Below, in pieces: positions 1 through 10,300 of a stretch of DNA of 64,000 nt. Positions within the stretch are counted from its first letter, which is position 1; each line of letters begins with the position of its first letter. Made by a program: the position numbers and the translations under genes. The notes beneath the pieces were generated by a model. That model had not been told where the DNA came from. It saw only the letters and a list, made by a program, of their open reading frames with translations, and did not search any database. Origin of the DNA: a virus; the IMG/VR virus record IMGVR_UViG_3300029875_000005, positions 11,208 to 75,207 of that record; one strand, written 5' to 3'.

Positions 1-2349
1 AAGAGTTACATCGGAAGCACGATCATGAGAGCGAGAGGACACAAGTACCTGAGCGAAACAAACGTACTGGCGCAGATTGGCGCGATGGGTAACAGAGCTA
101 TCAAGAATGGCGGTATGAACGCTATCCGTCAGGCATTTGCAAGATTCGTAAGAAACAACTCGAACAATAATCTTGTGACGGAGACTAGGGTTTGGTACGC
201 CGATGACCCTATCACTCACACCACCGTGGAGCGTTACCCAGACATTCCCGAGGACGCTACGGCTGATGAAATCAATCAGATAGTAGCAGACTTCAATATG
301 GAAATGAAGGATTTGGAATCAAAGGGTTTGGCGACAAAGGTGTATCGAAGAGGAAGAATCGGCTATAAGTTCCAAAGAGCAGAGAATAAATCGCAGCATA
401 TCGTAGATGTGAAGATTGCCGGCAGAACCCATACCTTTATTATCAACGGAAATCCTAGAGCGGCGCAGGCTCTGAATGGATTGCTGGAGAACTCGGGCGC
501 CAAGGGAATCATGAAACCATTGAGTTCTATCTCAAGAATGATGGCGCAGTTGTGTACATCATATAACCCTGAGTTCGTGATGCGAAACATCATGCGTGAT
601 GCGGAGTTTGCATCTAGTAACGTGACTTCTAAGGAAGGTGCAAGATATGGTTCGCTCTGGGCGAAGTACTATGCTCAGTTGGGGTTGTATAAGGGTGCAT
701 CGAATATCAGCTTCAAGGATTTGAGCGGAACTACTGGCTTGGGCTTGTTTGCCAAGTATCGTAACGGAACACTTGATACTTCTGACAAGGTACAGAGATA
801 TTTCAAGGAGTTCATGGAGAACGGCGGCGAAACTGGTTGGGTTCAGATTAAAAACATGCAGGACTGGACCAAGGAGTACAAGAAGGATGTGAAGAGTGAA
901 AGAAGCAAGATTGACAAGGGCGGTGCTGCCCTTCGTGACTTCTTCTTCGGAAATCTGGCGAACATCAACGAGGTGGCTGAGAATATCGCCAGATTCGCTA
1001 CCTACTGTGCGAGCCGAGACAGTAACCGCTCTATCATCCGTTCGGTCTATGATGCGAAGGAGGTATCTACCAACTTCAACCGCCATGGTAGCGGTGATGC
1101 CATCAAGAGTTTCAAGAACGGAGAAATGACTGGCGGCAAGGCGGCTGCAAGATGGGCTTACGGATTTACGGCTAGCTATCTCAGACATTGTTCTATGTTC
1201 TTCAATGCCGGTATTCAGAGTACAAATCTTCTTGTGAAGAACTTGAAAAATCATCCTGTGGGTACTTCTATCAATATGCTTGCTATTCCTTTTGCCCTCG
1301 GTGCGCTAGCTGCACTTGGTAACAACGTGCTGATTGCTAGCGAGGACGAGAAGGACAGAAAGGGAGTGAAGGACCCATACGGCGAGTTGCCTGACTACGT
1401 GAGAAGAAACAATCTCTGCATCTACAAGGGTAGCGGTCAGTTTGTTACTATTCCGCTTGCCATCGAGTTGAGAGCCTTCTATGGTTTGGGTGACTTGGCG
1501 GCTGGATTGACCTTCTCGCCAAACGTAAGCGGGCAGAAGAATCCTGCCTTGGATGCCGTGGGCTGTATGTCGCAGCTTGTGCCGGTGATGGACTATCTCG
1601 GCAACTCTTCGGCTGGCAAGGAGCCATTGAACGAGACGATCAAGGCTATCTCTCCTTCAGCCCTATCTCCTTTCGTGGAATGGGAGCTAAATACCGACTG
1701 GAAGGGTGCGCCGATTGAAAGACGTGGTGACTGGAATGAAAATTCCCCTGCTTGGCAGAGAGCCTACAAGGGTGTGCCTGACGGATATATGGCTGTGAAT
1801 AAATGGGTGAATGCACAGACCAACGATGTAGCCAAGGGTAATGAGGATATGCTGGGTAACAGTTTCCTGGATATGGTGACGAACCCTAGTATGCTAAATC
1901 ATTACATCGGTGGTATAGGTGGTGGCGCTGCTACCTTTACCGAGCGAGCTATCGGTGTTATCAAGCACGGAAGCGACACGGAAACCAAGGATATTCCTTT
2001 CCTTCGCTCTCTTCTTTATACTCCTAGTGAGCAGAACAGCTTGCAGAGAACCAAGAGTAAGTGGTATAACTACAAAGACGAAATGGAGAAGACCATGGCC
2101 AACGTGGACCGCCTGAAATCGAAGAACGTTCCGATTGACAAGAGAATCACAAATATCGGTGAGTATTTCCACTTCCAAAACTCCAAGGAGGCTGCCAAGG
2201 TTAGAATCATCGAGCTGGCAGAGAAGCAGATGAAGCGATGGAAGAAACTCAGAGATAAATCTTCAGATACCGAGAGCATCAACTTCGCTAATCAGAATAT
2301 TGACAGAATCATGATGGATGCGGTTGATGAACTGGATAGATTGGAATAA
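1..2349 (+). CDS. C-terminal ~780 aa of a very large virion-associated (internal/ejection or polyvalent-type) protein; 5' end outside window
   Basis: Frame 1 is open from nt 1 into listed ORF 25..2349, with a stop at 2347-2349. It is long, has no competing ORF and sits among late genes. I recognise no catalytic motif. Confidence 0.55.
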   Translation, partial: KSYIGSTIMRARGHKYLSETNVLAQIGAMGNRAIKNGGMNAIRQAFARFVRNNSNNNLVTETRVWYADDPITHTTVERYPDIPEDATADEINQIVADFNMEMKDLESKGLATKVYRRGRIGYKFQRAENKSQHIVDVKIAGRTHTFIINGNPRAAQALNGLLENSGAKGIMKPLSSISRMMAQLCTSYNPEFVMRNIMRDAEFASSNVTSKEGARYGSLWAKYYAQLGLYKGASNISFKDLSGTTGLGLFAKYRNGTLDTSDKVQRYFKEFMENGGETGWVQIKNMQDWTKEYKKDVKSERSKIDKGGAALRDFFFGNLANINEVAENIARFATYCASRDSNRSIIRSVYDAKEVSTNFNRHGSGDAIKSFKNGEMTGGKAAARWAYGFTASYLRHCSMFFNAGIQSTNLLVKNLKNHPVGTSINMLAIPFALGALAALGNNVLIASEDEKDRKGVKDPYGELPDYVRRNNLCIYKGSGQFVTIPLAIELRAFYGLGDLAAGLTFSPNVSGQKNPALDAVGCMSQLVPVMDYLGNSSAGKEPLNETIKAISPSALSPFVEWELNTDWKGAPIERRGDWNENSPAWQRAYKGVPDGYMAVNKWVNAQTNDVAKGNEDMLGNSFLDMVTNPSMLNHYIGGIGGGAATFTERAIGVIKHGSDTETKDIPFLRSLLYTPSEQNSLQRTKSKWYNYKDEMEKTMANVDRLKSKNVPIDKRITNIGEYFHFQNSKEAAKVRIIELAEKQMKRWKKLRDKSSDTESINFANQNIDRIMMDAVDELDRLE

Positions 2350-2357
2350 ATAAAGAA

Positions 2358-2382
2358 AGGAGTGGGCGCAAGGCTCACTCCT
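2358..2382 (-). terminator. Intrinsic terminator for the lipoprotein gene
   Basis: The minus strand reads AGGAGTG-N11-CACTCCT (7-bp stem) followed by TTCTTTATTTATT. It lies between convergent genes. Confidence 0.5.
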
Positions 2383-2812
2383 TACTTGCTACTCCTAGAT
2401 ATGTTGCCTTGATGGGCTTTTCTCCATCATTAATGTAAACCTCTATATAGGTTCTATCATCTTCATCATCATTTTTGATGGTTAAGTAGGAATTTTTATC
2501 CATCTTAGAACCATGCGAACCCCACAAATGAAGATAACCTTCATTGCCATCCTTATCAAATTCATACAGAATTGCTTCTGATCCTAAATCTTTAAGATAA
2601 TTCTTCTTCCCTATTTCAACTCTTGCTGTTGTAACAGAAAATCTGTGATACTCTCCAGAATAAAGTATCATCACATAATGATTGATGTATGCACTATCTA
2701 TCTGATATACTTTCCCATCATAGAGGAACTGGTTACTTACAGACGATTCATCGTTGCTGCTGCATGCACATAATGACAGGACTGCCATTAGGGTTATTAA
2801 TAATTTCTTCAT
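2375..2812 (-). CDS. Lipoprotein (moron; possible superinfection-exclusion or surface protein)
   Basis: N-terminus MKKLLITLMAVLSLCAC has a signal peptide plus lipobox Cys. The gene is opposite in orientation to its neighbours and has its own -7 box and terminator. Confidence 0.75.
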   Translation of the reverse strand: MKKLLITLMAVLSLCACSSNDESSVSNQFLYDGKVYQIDSAYINHYVMILYSGEYHRFSVTTARVEIGKKNYLKDLGSEAILYEFDKDGNEGYLHLWGSHGSKMDKNSYLTIKNDDEDDRTYIEVYINDGEKPIKATYLGVASKE

Positions 2813-2846
2813 GAATCATGTTTTATGCGTTTGTAATTTCTGGGTG

Positions 2847-2854
2847 CAAAGGTA
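2847..2854 (-). promoter_or_regulatory. Host-type -7 box TACCTTTG for the lipoprotein gene
   Basis: The reverse complement of caaaggta matches TAnnTTTG, about 35 nt upstream of the ATG at 2812. Confidence 0.5.
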
Positions 2855-3021
2855 GGGATTATTTTGATAGGTTGTATCGGGTTGAGGGTGGTTTTTGCGT
2901 AGTTTAGACTTTTGCTAAATAAATGAGCATAGAATGACTCAGCATAAAATGCTGAGGAACAGTGGCTTTGAGGGCGAAAATTTTATTTTGAGCATAGTTA
3001 GGCAGAGCCTCATCTTCTTCG

Positions 3022-3029
3022 TAACTTTG
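3022..3029 (+). promoter_or_regulatory. Host-type -7 box TAACTTTG for the 3072-6082 operon
   Basis: Matches TAnnTTTG 43 nt upstream of the ATG at 3072. It lacks the upstream late-promoter motif. Confidence 0.45.
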
Positions 3030-3071
3030 CACCAAGTTCAATAGTGAACGAAACGAATAATCTATTTTATT

Positions 3072-4019
3072 ATGTCAGAATCTAAGACATACATCTTTGG
3101 TGAAAACCAAAACGGAGGTTCAAACGGAATGCTTGGACTTCTTGCTCCTCTGCTCCAGAAGCAGGGTGTAGATCCAAATGTGCTTCTCGCTATGAAGGGC
3201 AACAATGGCTTCGGCGGTGAAGGTGGTTGGTTCATGTGGGTTATCTTCCTCTTCTTCCTTATGGGTTGGGGCGGTAATGGCTGGGGTGGCTTCGGCAATA
3301 ACGGTCGTGGCGGTCTTGCTAACGAGATTAACAACGACAATGGTCGTGCCCTTTTGATGGATGCCATCGGTGGTAATCGTAATGCGCTCAGCAATTTGGC
3401 TACTCAGCTCAATTGTACCGAAGGTCAGATTCAGAATGCCATTTCTGCTTTGACTTCTCAGGTTCAGAGTGTAGGTAATCAGGTAGGTATGAGTGGCATG
3501 CAGACCATCAATGCTTTGCAGCAGGGTAACATGCAGATTGCTCAGCAGATTGCAAACTGCTGCTGCGAGAACCGCTTGGCTATCTGTCAGCAGACTGGTA
3601 CCTTACAGAATGCCATCAACAATGTAGCTAATGGTCAGGAGCGTGGCTTCTCTAACGTAGCTTACGAAACCCAGCGCCAGACTTGCGATTTGCATAACGC
3701 CATCAAGGAAAGCACTCAGATCATCGTTGACGGTCAGAAGCAGGCTGAGATGCGCGAAATGCAGAACAAGATTGATTCTCTGCGTGAGGAGAACAGTACC
3801 TTTAAGTCTTCTGCCATGACTTCTCAGATTGTTGGTCAGGCGGTAGCACCAATTAATGCGGTATTGGCAGGTCTGCAGAACGAGGTAGCTGGCATCAAAT
3901 GTAAGCTGCCGGAGACAGTAACTACTCCTTACAGCCCATTTACTGCGGTTCCTAACTGCGTGGCTTATCAGGCAGGTTTGTATGGACTGAATGCTGCCAA
4001 CAATGGATTCTGGGGTTAA
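3072..4019 (+). CDS. Membrane protein with Gly/Trp-rich transmembrane segment and Q/N-rich Cys-bearing C-terminal domain
   Basis: 315 aa. One hydrophobic helix, WFMWVIFLFFLMGW, is flanked by GFGGEGG and GGNGWGGFGNNGRGG. The rest is Q/N-rich and helical with 8 Cys, including CCC. Confidence 0.7.
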   Translation: MSESKTYIFGENQNGGSNGMLGLLAPLLQKQGVDPNVLLAMKGNNGFGGEGGWFMWVIFLFFLMGWGGNGWGGFGNNGRGGLANEINNDNGRALLMDAIGGNRNALSNLATQLNCTEGQIQNAISALTSQVQSVGNQVGMSGMQTINALQQGNMQIAQQIANCCCENRLAICQQTGTLQNAINNVANGQERGFSNVAYETQRQTCDLHNAIKESTQIIVDGQKQAEMREMQNKIDSLREENSTFKSSAMTSQIVGQAVAPINAVLAGLQNEVAGIKCKLPETVTTPYSPFTAVPNCVAYQAGLYGLNAANNGFWG

Positions 4020-4034
4020 AGAAAGGAGGCTGCT

Positions 4035-4379
4035 ATGTTATGGTTAAGACCTTATACATGGGTGAATCGTAACGGTTCGGCGGCTATCGCTTCTACTGGC
4101 GTGAAGGTGAATACTGCCGATGTGGTGTTCACCTTTAAAAACCACGCCTTCGTGAATGCCAGCTACAGAGGAACGATTTTCGTAAATCTGCGTCAGGCTA
4201 TTCCGACTGGAACGACTGGTACGCTGCCTATCCTTTTCGAGACCAACGGCGCAACCCAAGCCGTAACCAAATTCAATGGTGAGGCATTAACGGTTGCAGA
4301 CGTGCCGGGAACTGGAGTTGTTCAGCTCTGGTTTGAGAGAGATACTAACACCCTTCAGCTGATGACGGGTATTGTTTAA
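4035..4379 (+). CDS. Hypothetical protein (beta-rich, 114 aa)
   Basis: Tightly spaced after the previous gene on the same strand, with no competing ORF apart from an antisense shadow. Confidence 0.55.
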   Translation: MLWLRPYTWVNRNGSAAIASTGVKVNTADVVFTFKNHAFVNASYRGTIFVNLRQAIPTGTTGTLPILFETNGATQAVTKFNGEALTVADVPGTGVVQLWFERDTNTLQLMTGIV

Positions 4380-4409
4380 CAAACAGAATAGATAATAGGA
4401 GATTACATT

Positions 4410-4910
4410 ATGTTTCAAGGTTTAAGAACAAATTCTTTATTCTATGTCCTAGATAAGGGCGAAAACCCGAACTTGCAGATTGGTCAGGTTGTTTCGGTAA
4501 GCAATCCTCAGACGAAATACCCTACCTTCAACAATGGCTTCACGCCTCAGCCTATGGAAACTGTGGTTGATGTGAAGGTGAAACTGAACGACGAGGAGGT
4601 GGATTTCAAGCAGCTACCTGCCAACGGACAGATAGCCAACGACAAGAATCTTGTGGTGAGCGACAACAAGGAAGCCATGAGTGCAGAGGTCGATACGATG
4701 CTGAGACAATCCAAGGCGATACTGGAGAGCGTAGATTACCACAAGAAAGTCGTTGATTCTTGTGAGGGAATGCTATTGCAACTCAACCCCCAGATTGCCA
4801 AGGAGAGGGAACAGACTGAGAAGATCAGCAAGCTGGAAGGCAAGGTTTCTGGCATGGAGGGCAAGCTCGACAAGATGATGGGATTGCTCCAACAGGCGAT
4901 AAACAAGTAA
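4410..4910 (+). CDS. Hypothetical protein with C-terminal coiled coil
   Basis: 166 aa. The C-terminus EKISKLEGKVSGMEGKLDKMMGLLQQ is heptad-like. Confidence 0.6.
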   Translation: MFQGLRTNSLFYVLDKGENPNLQIGQVVSVSNPQTKYPTFNNGFTPQPMETVVDVKVKLNDEEVDFKQLPANGQIANDKNLVVSDNKEAMSAEVDTMLRQSKAILESVDYHKKVVDSCEGMLLQLNPQIAKEREQTEKISKLEGKVSGMEGKLDKMMGLLQQAINK

Positions 4911-4944
4911 TCTCCTATCTATTCACTTTAAAAATCTTAGAATT

Positions 4945-5220
4945 ATGATAATGGTTGAGATTACAGAAGACAAGTTTGATGGCTTGTATGAGAACGTGGA
5001 GAAAGGCTTGCGCTGCTTGGATAAGGCTATGAACTGCCTGGGCGAAATGAAGCGTGAGGGCAGACGTGACCGGTACGGCGAGCGCAACCGCATGCCCGAT
5101 TACAGAGGTCGTGGAGGCAGAAGTGGTATGCGAGAGCATGAAGAGTACGACGACATGCGCCAACGTGAAGACAGAGACCGTGGAGAACGTGATTATCGAA
5201 GCTACGGCGACGAGTATTAA
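4945..5220 (+). CDS. Hypothetical R/D/E/G-rich protein
   Basis: 91 aa with a low-complexity charged tail (RRDRYGERNRMPDYRGRGGRSG...REDRDRGERDYRSYGDEY). Confidence 0.5.
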   Translation: MIMVEITEDKFDGLYENVEKGLRCLDKAMNCLGEMKREGRRDRYGERNRMPDYRGRGGRSGMREHEEYDDMRQREDRDRGERDYRSYGDEY

Positions 5221-5284
5221 CTAACTTGGGGTTTGGTAGTGAAACAGATTTCGTTACCAAGCCCTTTTTAATATCAGAAAGATT

Positions 5285-5698
5285 ATGGAAAGAAAATACA
5301 GACAATCTTTGAACGCCTACGATTATCAGCCGGAAGAAATGAGGGCTTACCTTCGCTACAATGGCTGGCACTTCAATAAGAAGATGTGTGAGTGGGCAGT
5401 AAAGCAGATGCGGAAGAACGGTAAGCCAATCCGCATGATGAGCAAGGATGATATTGAGGACATTCTGAAGAAGAATAATATCGTGCTGGAGAATAATGTG
5501 GGCTACGATGCGGTTTACATCGCACACATGTGCTTAGCTGATTTCTACGGTTCGTCTATCACGGAAGAGAAGCAGATGGCTCAGTTCATCAAGGACTACG
5601 TGGATGATGAGGATCAGCAGGATGGATTCATCTTTAATAGGTTCTATGCAGATACATCATTTAATGGTGTGGGGATTCCTTGGGAAGAGATTTTGTAA
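5285..5698 (+). CDS. Hypothetical protein
   Basis: 137 aa, in operon order, with no recognisable motif. Confidence 0.6.
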   Translation: MERKYRQSLNAYDYQPEEMRAYLRYNGWHFNKKMCEWAVKQMRKNGKPIRMMSKDDIEDILKKNNIVLENNVGYDAVYIAHMCLADFYGSSITEEKQMAQFIKDYVDDEDQQDGFIFNRFYADTSFNGVGIPWEEIL

Positions 5699-5701
5699 AA
5701 T

Positions 5702-6082
5702 ATGACAGAGCAGGAGATTTACTTGGAAAGGTACGACTGGACGGTACATGTGATGTATGATGTTCACTCAAAGGATGCCATGAAGGTAAGAAGGTATCTT
5801 CGGGATTTGGGATGCAGCGGCATTCCTCTCGAAGATGCCTGTAATCTCGTGCTCAAAGGTGAAGCGAACAAAGGGATAACCTATTCTAATGTTGATATAA
5901 GAAAAACGGTGGTTGTGATTGGATGGGCTACTTCAAAGGCTGAATACATGAACAGCCTCAGCCACGAAATGCTGCATGTGGTTCAGCACATTTCCGAACA
6001 GTTCTTGATAAATATGTATGGTGAGGAGGCTTGCTACTTGCTTGGTGGATTGGTACAGGCTTGCTGCATAAGAAAAGGGTGA
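5702..6082 (+). CDS. Minimal HExxH zinc-metallopeptidase-like protein
   Basis: Contains SLSHEMLHVVQH (HExxH) followed about 20 aa later by GEEACYLLGG. The same architecture occurs in ORF 31995..32423. Confidence 0.55.
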   Translation: MTEQEIYLERYDWTVHVMYDVHSKDAMKVRRYLRDLGCSGIPLEDACNLVLKGEANKGITYSNVDIRKTVVVIGWATSKAEYMNSLSHEMLHVVQHISEQFLINMYGEEACYLLGGLVQACCIRKG

Positions 6083-6111
6083 ATCTTTCGACTCACCCTT
6101 CTTCTTTTATC

Positions 6112-6303
6112 TTAATACTTTGGCTCATCATATACCAAATTATGCTCATCTACGTAAGCCTTGGCTTCTGAATATGTGTCAAACTCTACTGCGGTGGCAC
6201 CTACTGCTGGGAATACCTCAGCATTGTCACCTTCCTCTGTGAGAGGGAACACCATCTTTGTCCCCTCATGTACTATCTTATACTTCTTTGTTAACTTATT
6301 CAT
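6112..6303 (-). CDS. Hypothetical small acidic protein
   Basis: 63 aa and last gene of the minus-strand tail-fibre block. Confidence 0.45.
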   Translation of the reverse strand: MNKLTKKYKIVHEGTKMVFPLTEEGDNAEVFPAVGATAVEFDTYSEAKAYVDEHNLVYDEPKY

Positions 6304-6343
6304 ATCTTGTTTCCTTTCTTTTTGATGTTAAACTTATGATACC

Positions 6344-7312
6344 CTATGCAGGAATAACTAATACCGTGTAGCCTTTCTGCTGCAATGTTGCAACTGCGGC
6401 ATCTGATGCTGATGTTTTAGTTCCACGAGCCGTAATAGCTTTTTTAAAAGAACTATCACTACTAGTAAATCCAACAACACATTTTGCTTGATTTATCAAC
6501 ATAGCATCTAAATCTTCTCCAAAGTTTGGGATGCCTTCAAGGGCTAATATCTTGTATGAGTTATTTCTCTCTGTCTTCCAGGAAAACTTAGAATTATTAT
6601 CAACCATTGTTATGAAATTCTCATTTCTAGTTTTTGAAATATCCCCATATACAGAATTTCCTCTAAATACTCCAGCAGTAGATATGAGAGAAGGATAGTT
6701 AGAAGGTATAAATTCTCCATATACTTTTGTGTAATCTAGTGTTAACCACTTTATAGTTCTAGGAATATTTGCAACATCACCAGTTACGGCACTTCCTCTA
6801 AAGGCATTAAATTCGACAAGGGGAAGGTTCTTTATATGTTTTGTGTCAAGTACACTACTACCAGAATATCTAAGAACACCAAGATTCGTTATGCCTGCTA
6901 TGTCTACACTATTCTGTAGTGTCGCTTTACCAAGAATTAAAGTATCAAGAATAGGACAGTATTTTAACTGAGAAATGTCTATCGTAACCCCAGTGTTGTC
7001 TGGAATAATTAACTGTCTTAAACCATACTTATTCCCAAAGCAAATTAAGGAACTTACATTTTTAACATATATATCATGCAAATCTTCATTTGTGATAGAT
7101 ATGTTTTTACCTGTGTTATTACTTAATGTGCTATCTGTAAAATTTCCATTTACATTTCTAACTTCACTATTTCCAGTGAATGCAACTTGAATCTTCTGAG
7201 AAGATTCAGAAGGTGATGCAATTTCATTTAACGAAATAGAAAACTCACCAATTTTCAAAAGATTGTCATTATTGACACTCTCATTAAGTCTTGTTATTAA
7301 ACATTTCCCCAT
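6344..7312 (-). CDS. Tail fibre / receptor-binding accessory protein with irregular Leu/Ile-rich (LRR-like) repeats
   Basis: 322 aa, immediately downstream of the large tail-fibre gene. It has repeated L/I-x-L patterns of about 22-25 aa. Confidence 0.45.
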   Translation of the reverse strand: MGKCLITRLNESVNNDNLLKIGEFSISLNEIASPSESSQKIQVAFTGNSEVRNVNGNFTDSTLSNNTGKNISITNEDLHDIYVKNVSSLICFGNKYGLRQLIIPDNTGVTIDISQLKYCPILDTLILGKATLQNSVDIAGITNLGVLRYSGSSVLDTKHIKNLPLVEFNAFRGSAVTGDVANIPRTIKWLTLDYTKVYGEFIPSNYPSLISTAGVFRGNSVYGDISKTRNENFITMVDNNSKFSWKTERNNSYKILALEGIPNFGEDLDAMLINQAKCVVGFTSSDSSFKKAITARGTKTSASDAAVATLQQKGYTVLVIPA

Positions 7313-7330
7313 AATTGTATATTATTTTAA

Positions 7331-10300
7331 TTAATAAATATTTGCCCTATACAAAAGTTTCTGCTGCTTTAATTTCCATGTAATTTTAGCATTCGTGTAC
7401 AGATGGTTGTCTTCTGACACTGTTGTTGCTTCCGTTGTGAAGTCTGCAAATATGATTGTTCCCATAATAGCATAATCTATGCAGAACATACCTTCATCCA
7501 TCATCCATGCACTACTCATAACATTTGAATAATAAGATGGAACGACATACACCTTGTACTCTACAATCTTCCTTTTACTCCAATCAATGCTTAGTTGCAC
7601 GATTCTTGAGCAAGTAGCTGCATTATCTGTTGCGCCAGTAGGATTTGAAGTAGGATTGTTTCGAGGGTTCTCTTTCATTAAGAAGTTGTTATCGAACAGT
7701 GTATATGTAGGATAACTCACACCACTAATCTCTTTCATTCCCCAATACTTCACATCATGACACAAGAACCACTGAGCCAATGAGTCTGTCTTGATTCTCC
7801 TTGCAACAGCACCATAATTACTAGACGATGGCAAGCCACCAACTTGTTCCAGTACTGGACCAAATGTAACCTTGTCTTCACCGCTAACAGTTCTTTTGAT
7901 AATTACCCAAGAGCAACAGTTTCTTGGATTTACAATTATTCTGTCTTCAGTCCTATCAAAACCAATAGTATTTGTATGGGTTTCTGCTATAGGTGCAGTA
8001 GAATGCACATCTGCATCAAACAGAATATCTCTTAAAACATCTTGGTCATTGAGGGTGTATGAACCAATCTTCTTGCCATTCTTCCACTCTACCAAAGTAT
8101 CAGAATAAGTCATGTGTCCATCTATTGTTAGTACGTTGCTATGATAATACACGATGTAATGGAAATCATCTATGTAGATGAAGTCATGAGTATCATAATT
8201 TGGACTTGCTAATTGGTCGATTAGGATGAAGTTCTCATCAAACACGCAAAGGCCTTTGAATGGGTCAACCTTTAGCAATGCAACAATTCTTGACTTACCA
8301 CTGCTGTTTACCTGATGCTCGACATTGTAGAAATAAGCAGAGCTGTCAGCGATGGAAAGAAACTTTGTCAATCCAGTTTCCTTGACCTCATACAGATATT
8401 TCTCGTTATGCAGCAATACCCGATTGGCATTTCCGCAAAAAACAGCAGCACCTCCAGAAGGGTTGGATATAGTGAACTTTAAATCTGATGGTACATCGAA
8501 AGGTGCCACAAGGTCTTTGTCTATCTCCTTTACAGACAATACCCCTTCATTACTTACAGAAAGCTCAAAGAAAGTACCATTTGGAGATTTTAGATATTTG
8601 GTTTCCTTCGTGAAATTGGCAACATTCAATTTAAGTTTTGGAATAGAAACAGAATCACTAGATTCACTTACAGCATACTTACCTCGGTTTATGGTAACAT
8701 TATTTTCGTAAGTAGCCACGGCAAAACGTATGTATGCAGCCCAATCCCAATATTCTGGAACTTGAACACTTGCCTTAGGCAGACTTCCGTTTGGCATCAA
8801 TCTTTTTGCGTTATTGTCATTTCTGTCTGAAACAACAACCATACCTGTAGCTGTGCCAGTCCTAGTGAACCATTCTCCTGGCTTACAAGGTATTTTGTTA
8901 CTCATTTCTGCACCTGCATTTGGAGGAGTGAAAGATTGCTTTCCATCAGCCGTTGTGTATGTCTTTTGTGATGTAAGATACAAATTAGGCTTAGAGTTGT
9001 CGTAAACCCCATCGATGTTTTTAAGCTGAATGCCATTAACATCGTCTTGTGTTGCATAATTGGAAAAATCAATAGATTCGCCTTTCATACTAAAATGTTC
9101 TACATCTAGATGTTCTACATCTAGAGCAGTTTCATGTTTTACGCCATTCTTGTCTCTGTAGCTAAGAATATGTTCTTCTTCGTCCAATGTCATCTCTAGC
9201 CTATTCTCTATGTCTGTTTTTTCTTCTATTTGTGTCAGGATAGTTTCTGACTTTACCTTGTAGAGATAATGGCTACCATCAGGAGCAGTATATCCAATCA
9301 CCTTACCCTCGGCATCAGTCTCAACAGAAAGATATTCATCATTCTCTATTGTAGAAAGATGAGCTGTACGTTTTTTGATGTCTGCTATATCAATAATAGC
9401 ATTGGCAATAAAGGTACTAATATCAATACCACCAACAACCATGTGACCATCATCAGCACGGAAACCACCTAATACTTTGTTTTCTGCATCAATGATAGCA
9501 TAGAGCCATTCCTCGTTGGCTATTACAGAGTACATTTCATGATTAGGAAAGTATGGCTCTCCATCATATTTGATTCCTGCAAGTATTCTGTTTTCTGCAT
9601 CTTCTATTGCAATGATATACTCATCATTAGAAATATAGAAGAAGCTGTCAGCTACATCAATGTTTATCAACCCCTTACCATCTTCCTTTGGCTGGAAAGT
9701 TTTAAGAGTTTCGTCAATGTTTGAAAGAACATTCTTGATAGCCTTAATATCATCAAGCCACTGAGCCTTGGCTGCCCAGCTAGTACCATCTTGCTGAATA
9801 CCAAGAAGAGGATGATTAGCTGCATCAAGAATTACCCAAAGGAACTCTTCATTCTGAATGACGTGATACATTTCATTGAGAGGATAATATGGCTTGCCAG
9901 TTGCTCTGTAGAAACCAAAGAGTACTCTATCCTCTGAATCAACTACAGCCTTAATAAACTCTTCATTCTCAATTACCCTAAAGCGCTCTTTTACTTCATC
10001 CTCAATAAGGGACTTGCCTTCCTCTTTGTCTACCTTCTTTTTATCAATGGCCGCAACCTTCTCGTCAATGGTTGCCTTGTATGCTTCCATAGCTTCGGTT
10101 AGGGTTTGCTGGAAGGTCTCGTTGTTGGCGATGATTTCATTGAGAGTTTTCTGAATAGGCTTAGGAATACCGACTGCCCAGTCTATACTACCATCTACAC
10201 GGATGCCCCAAAGGAACTTGTTTTCTGCATCTGTGTAGACACGCAACCACTCCTCATTGGTCTCGTAGTGGCCGAGATTGTTGACGAGTTCGTCGATGGC

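Noticed and set aside
3062-3394. Pro-rich 110-aa minus-strand ORF
   Set aside because: It is the antisense shadow of the Gly-rich (GGN) coding region of ORF 3072..4019.
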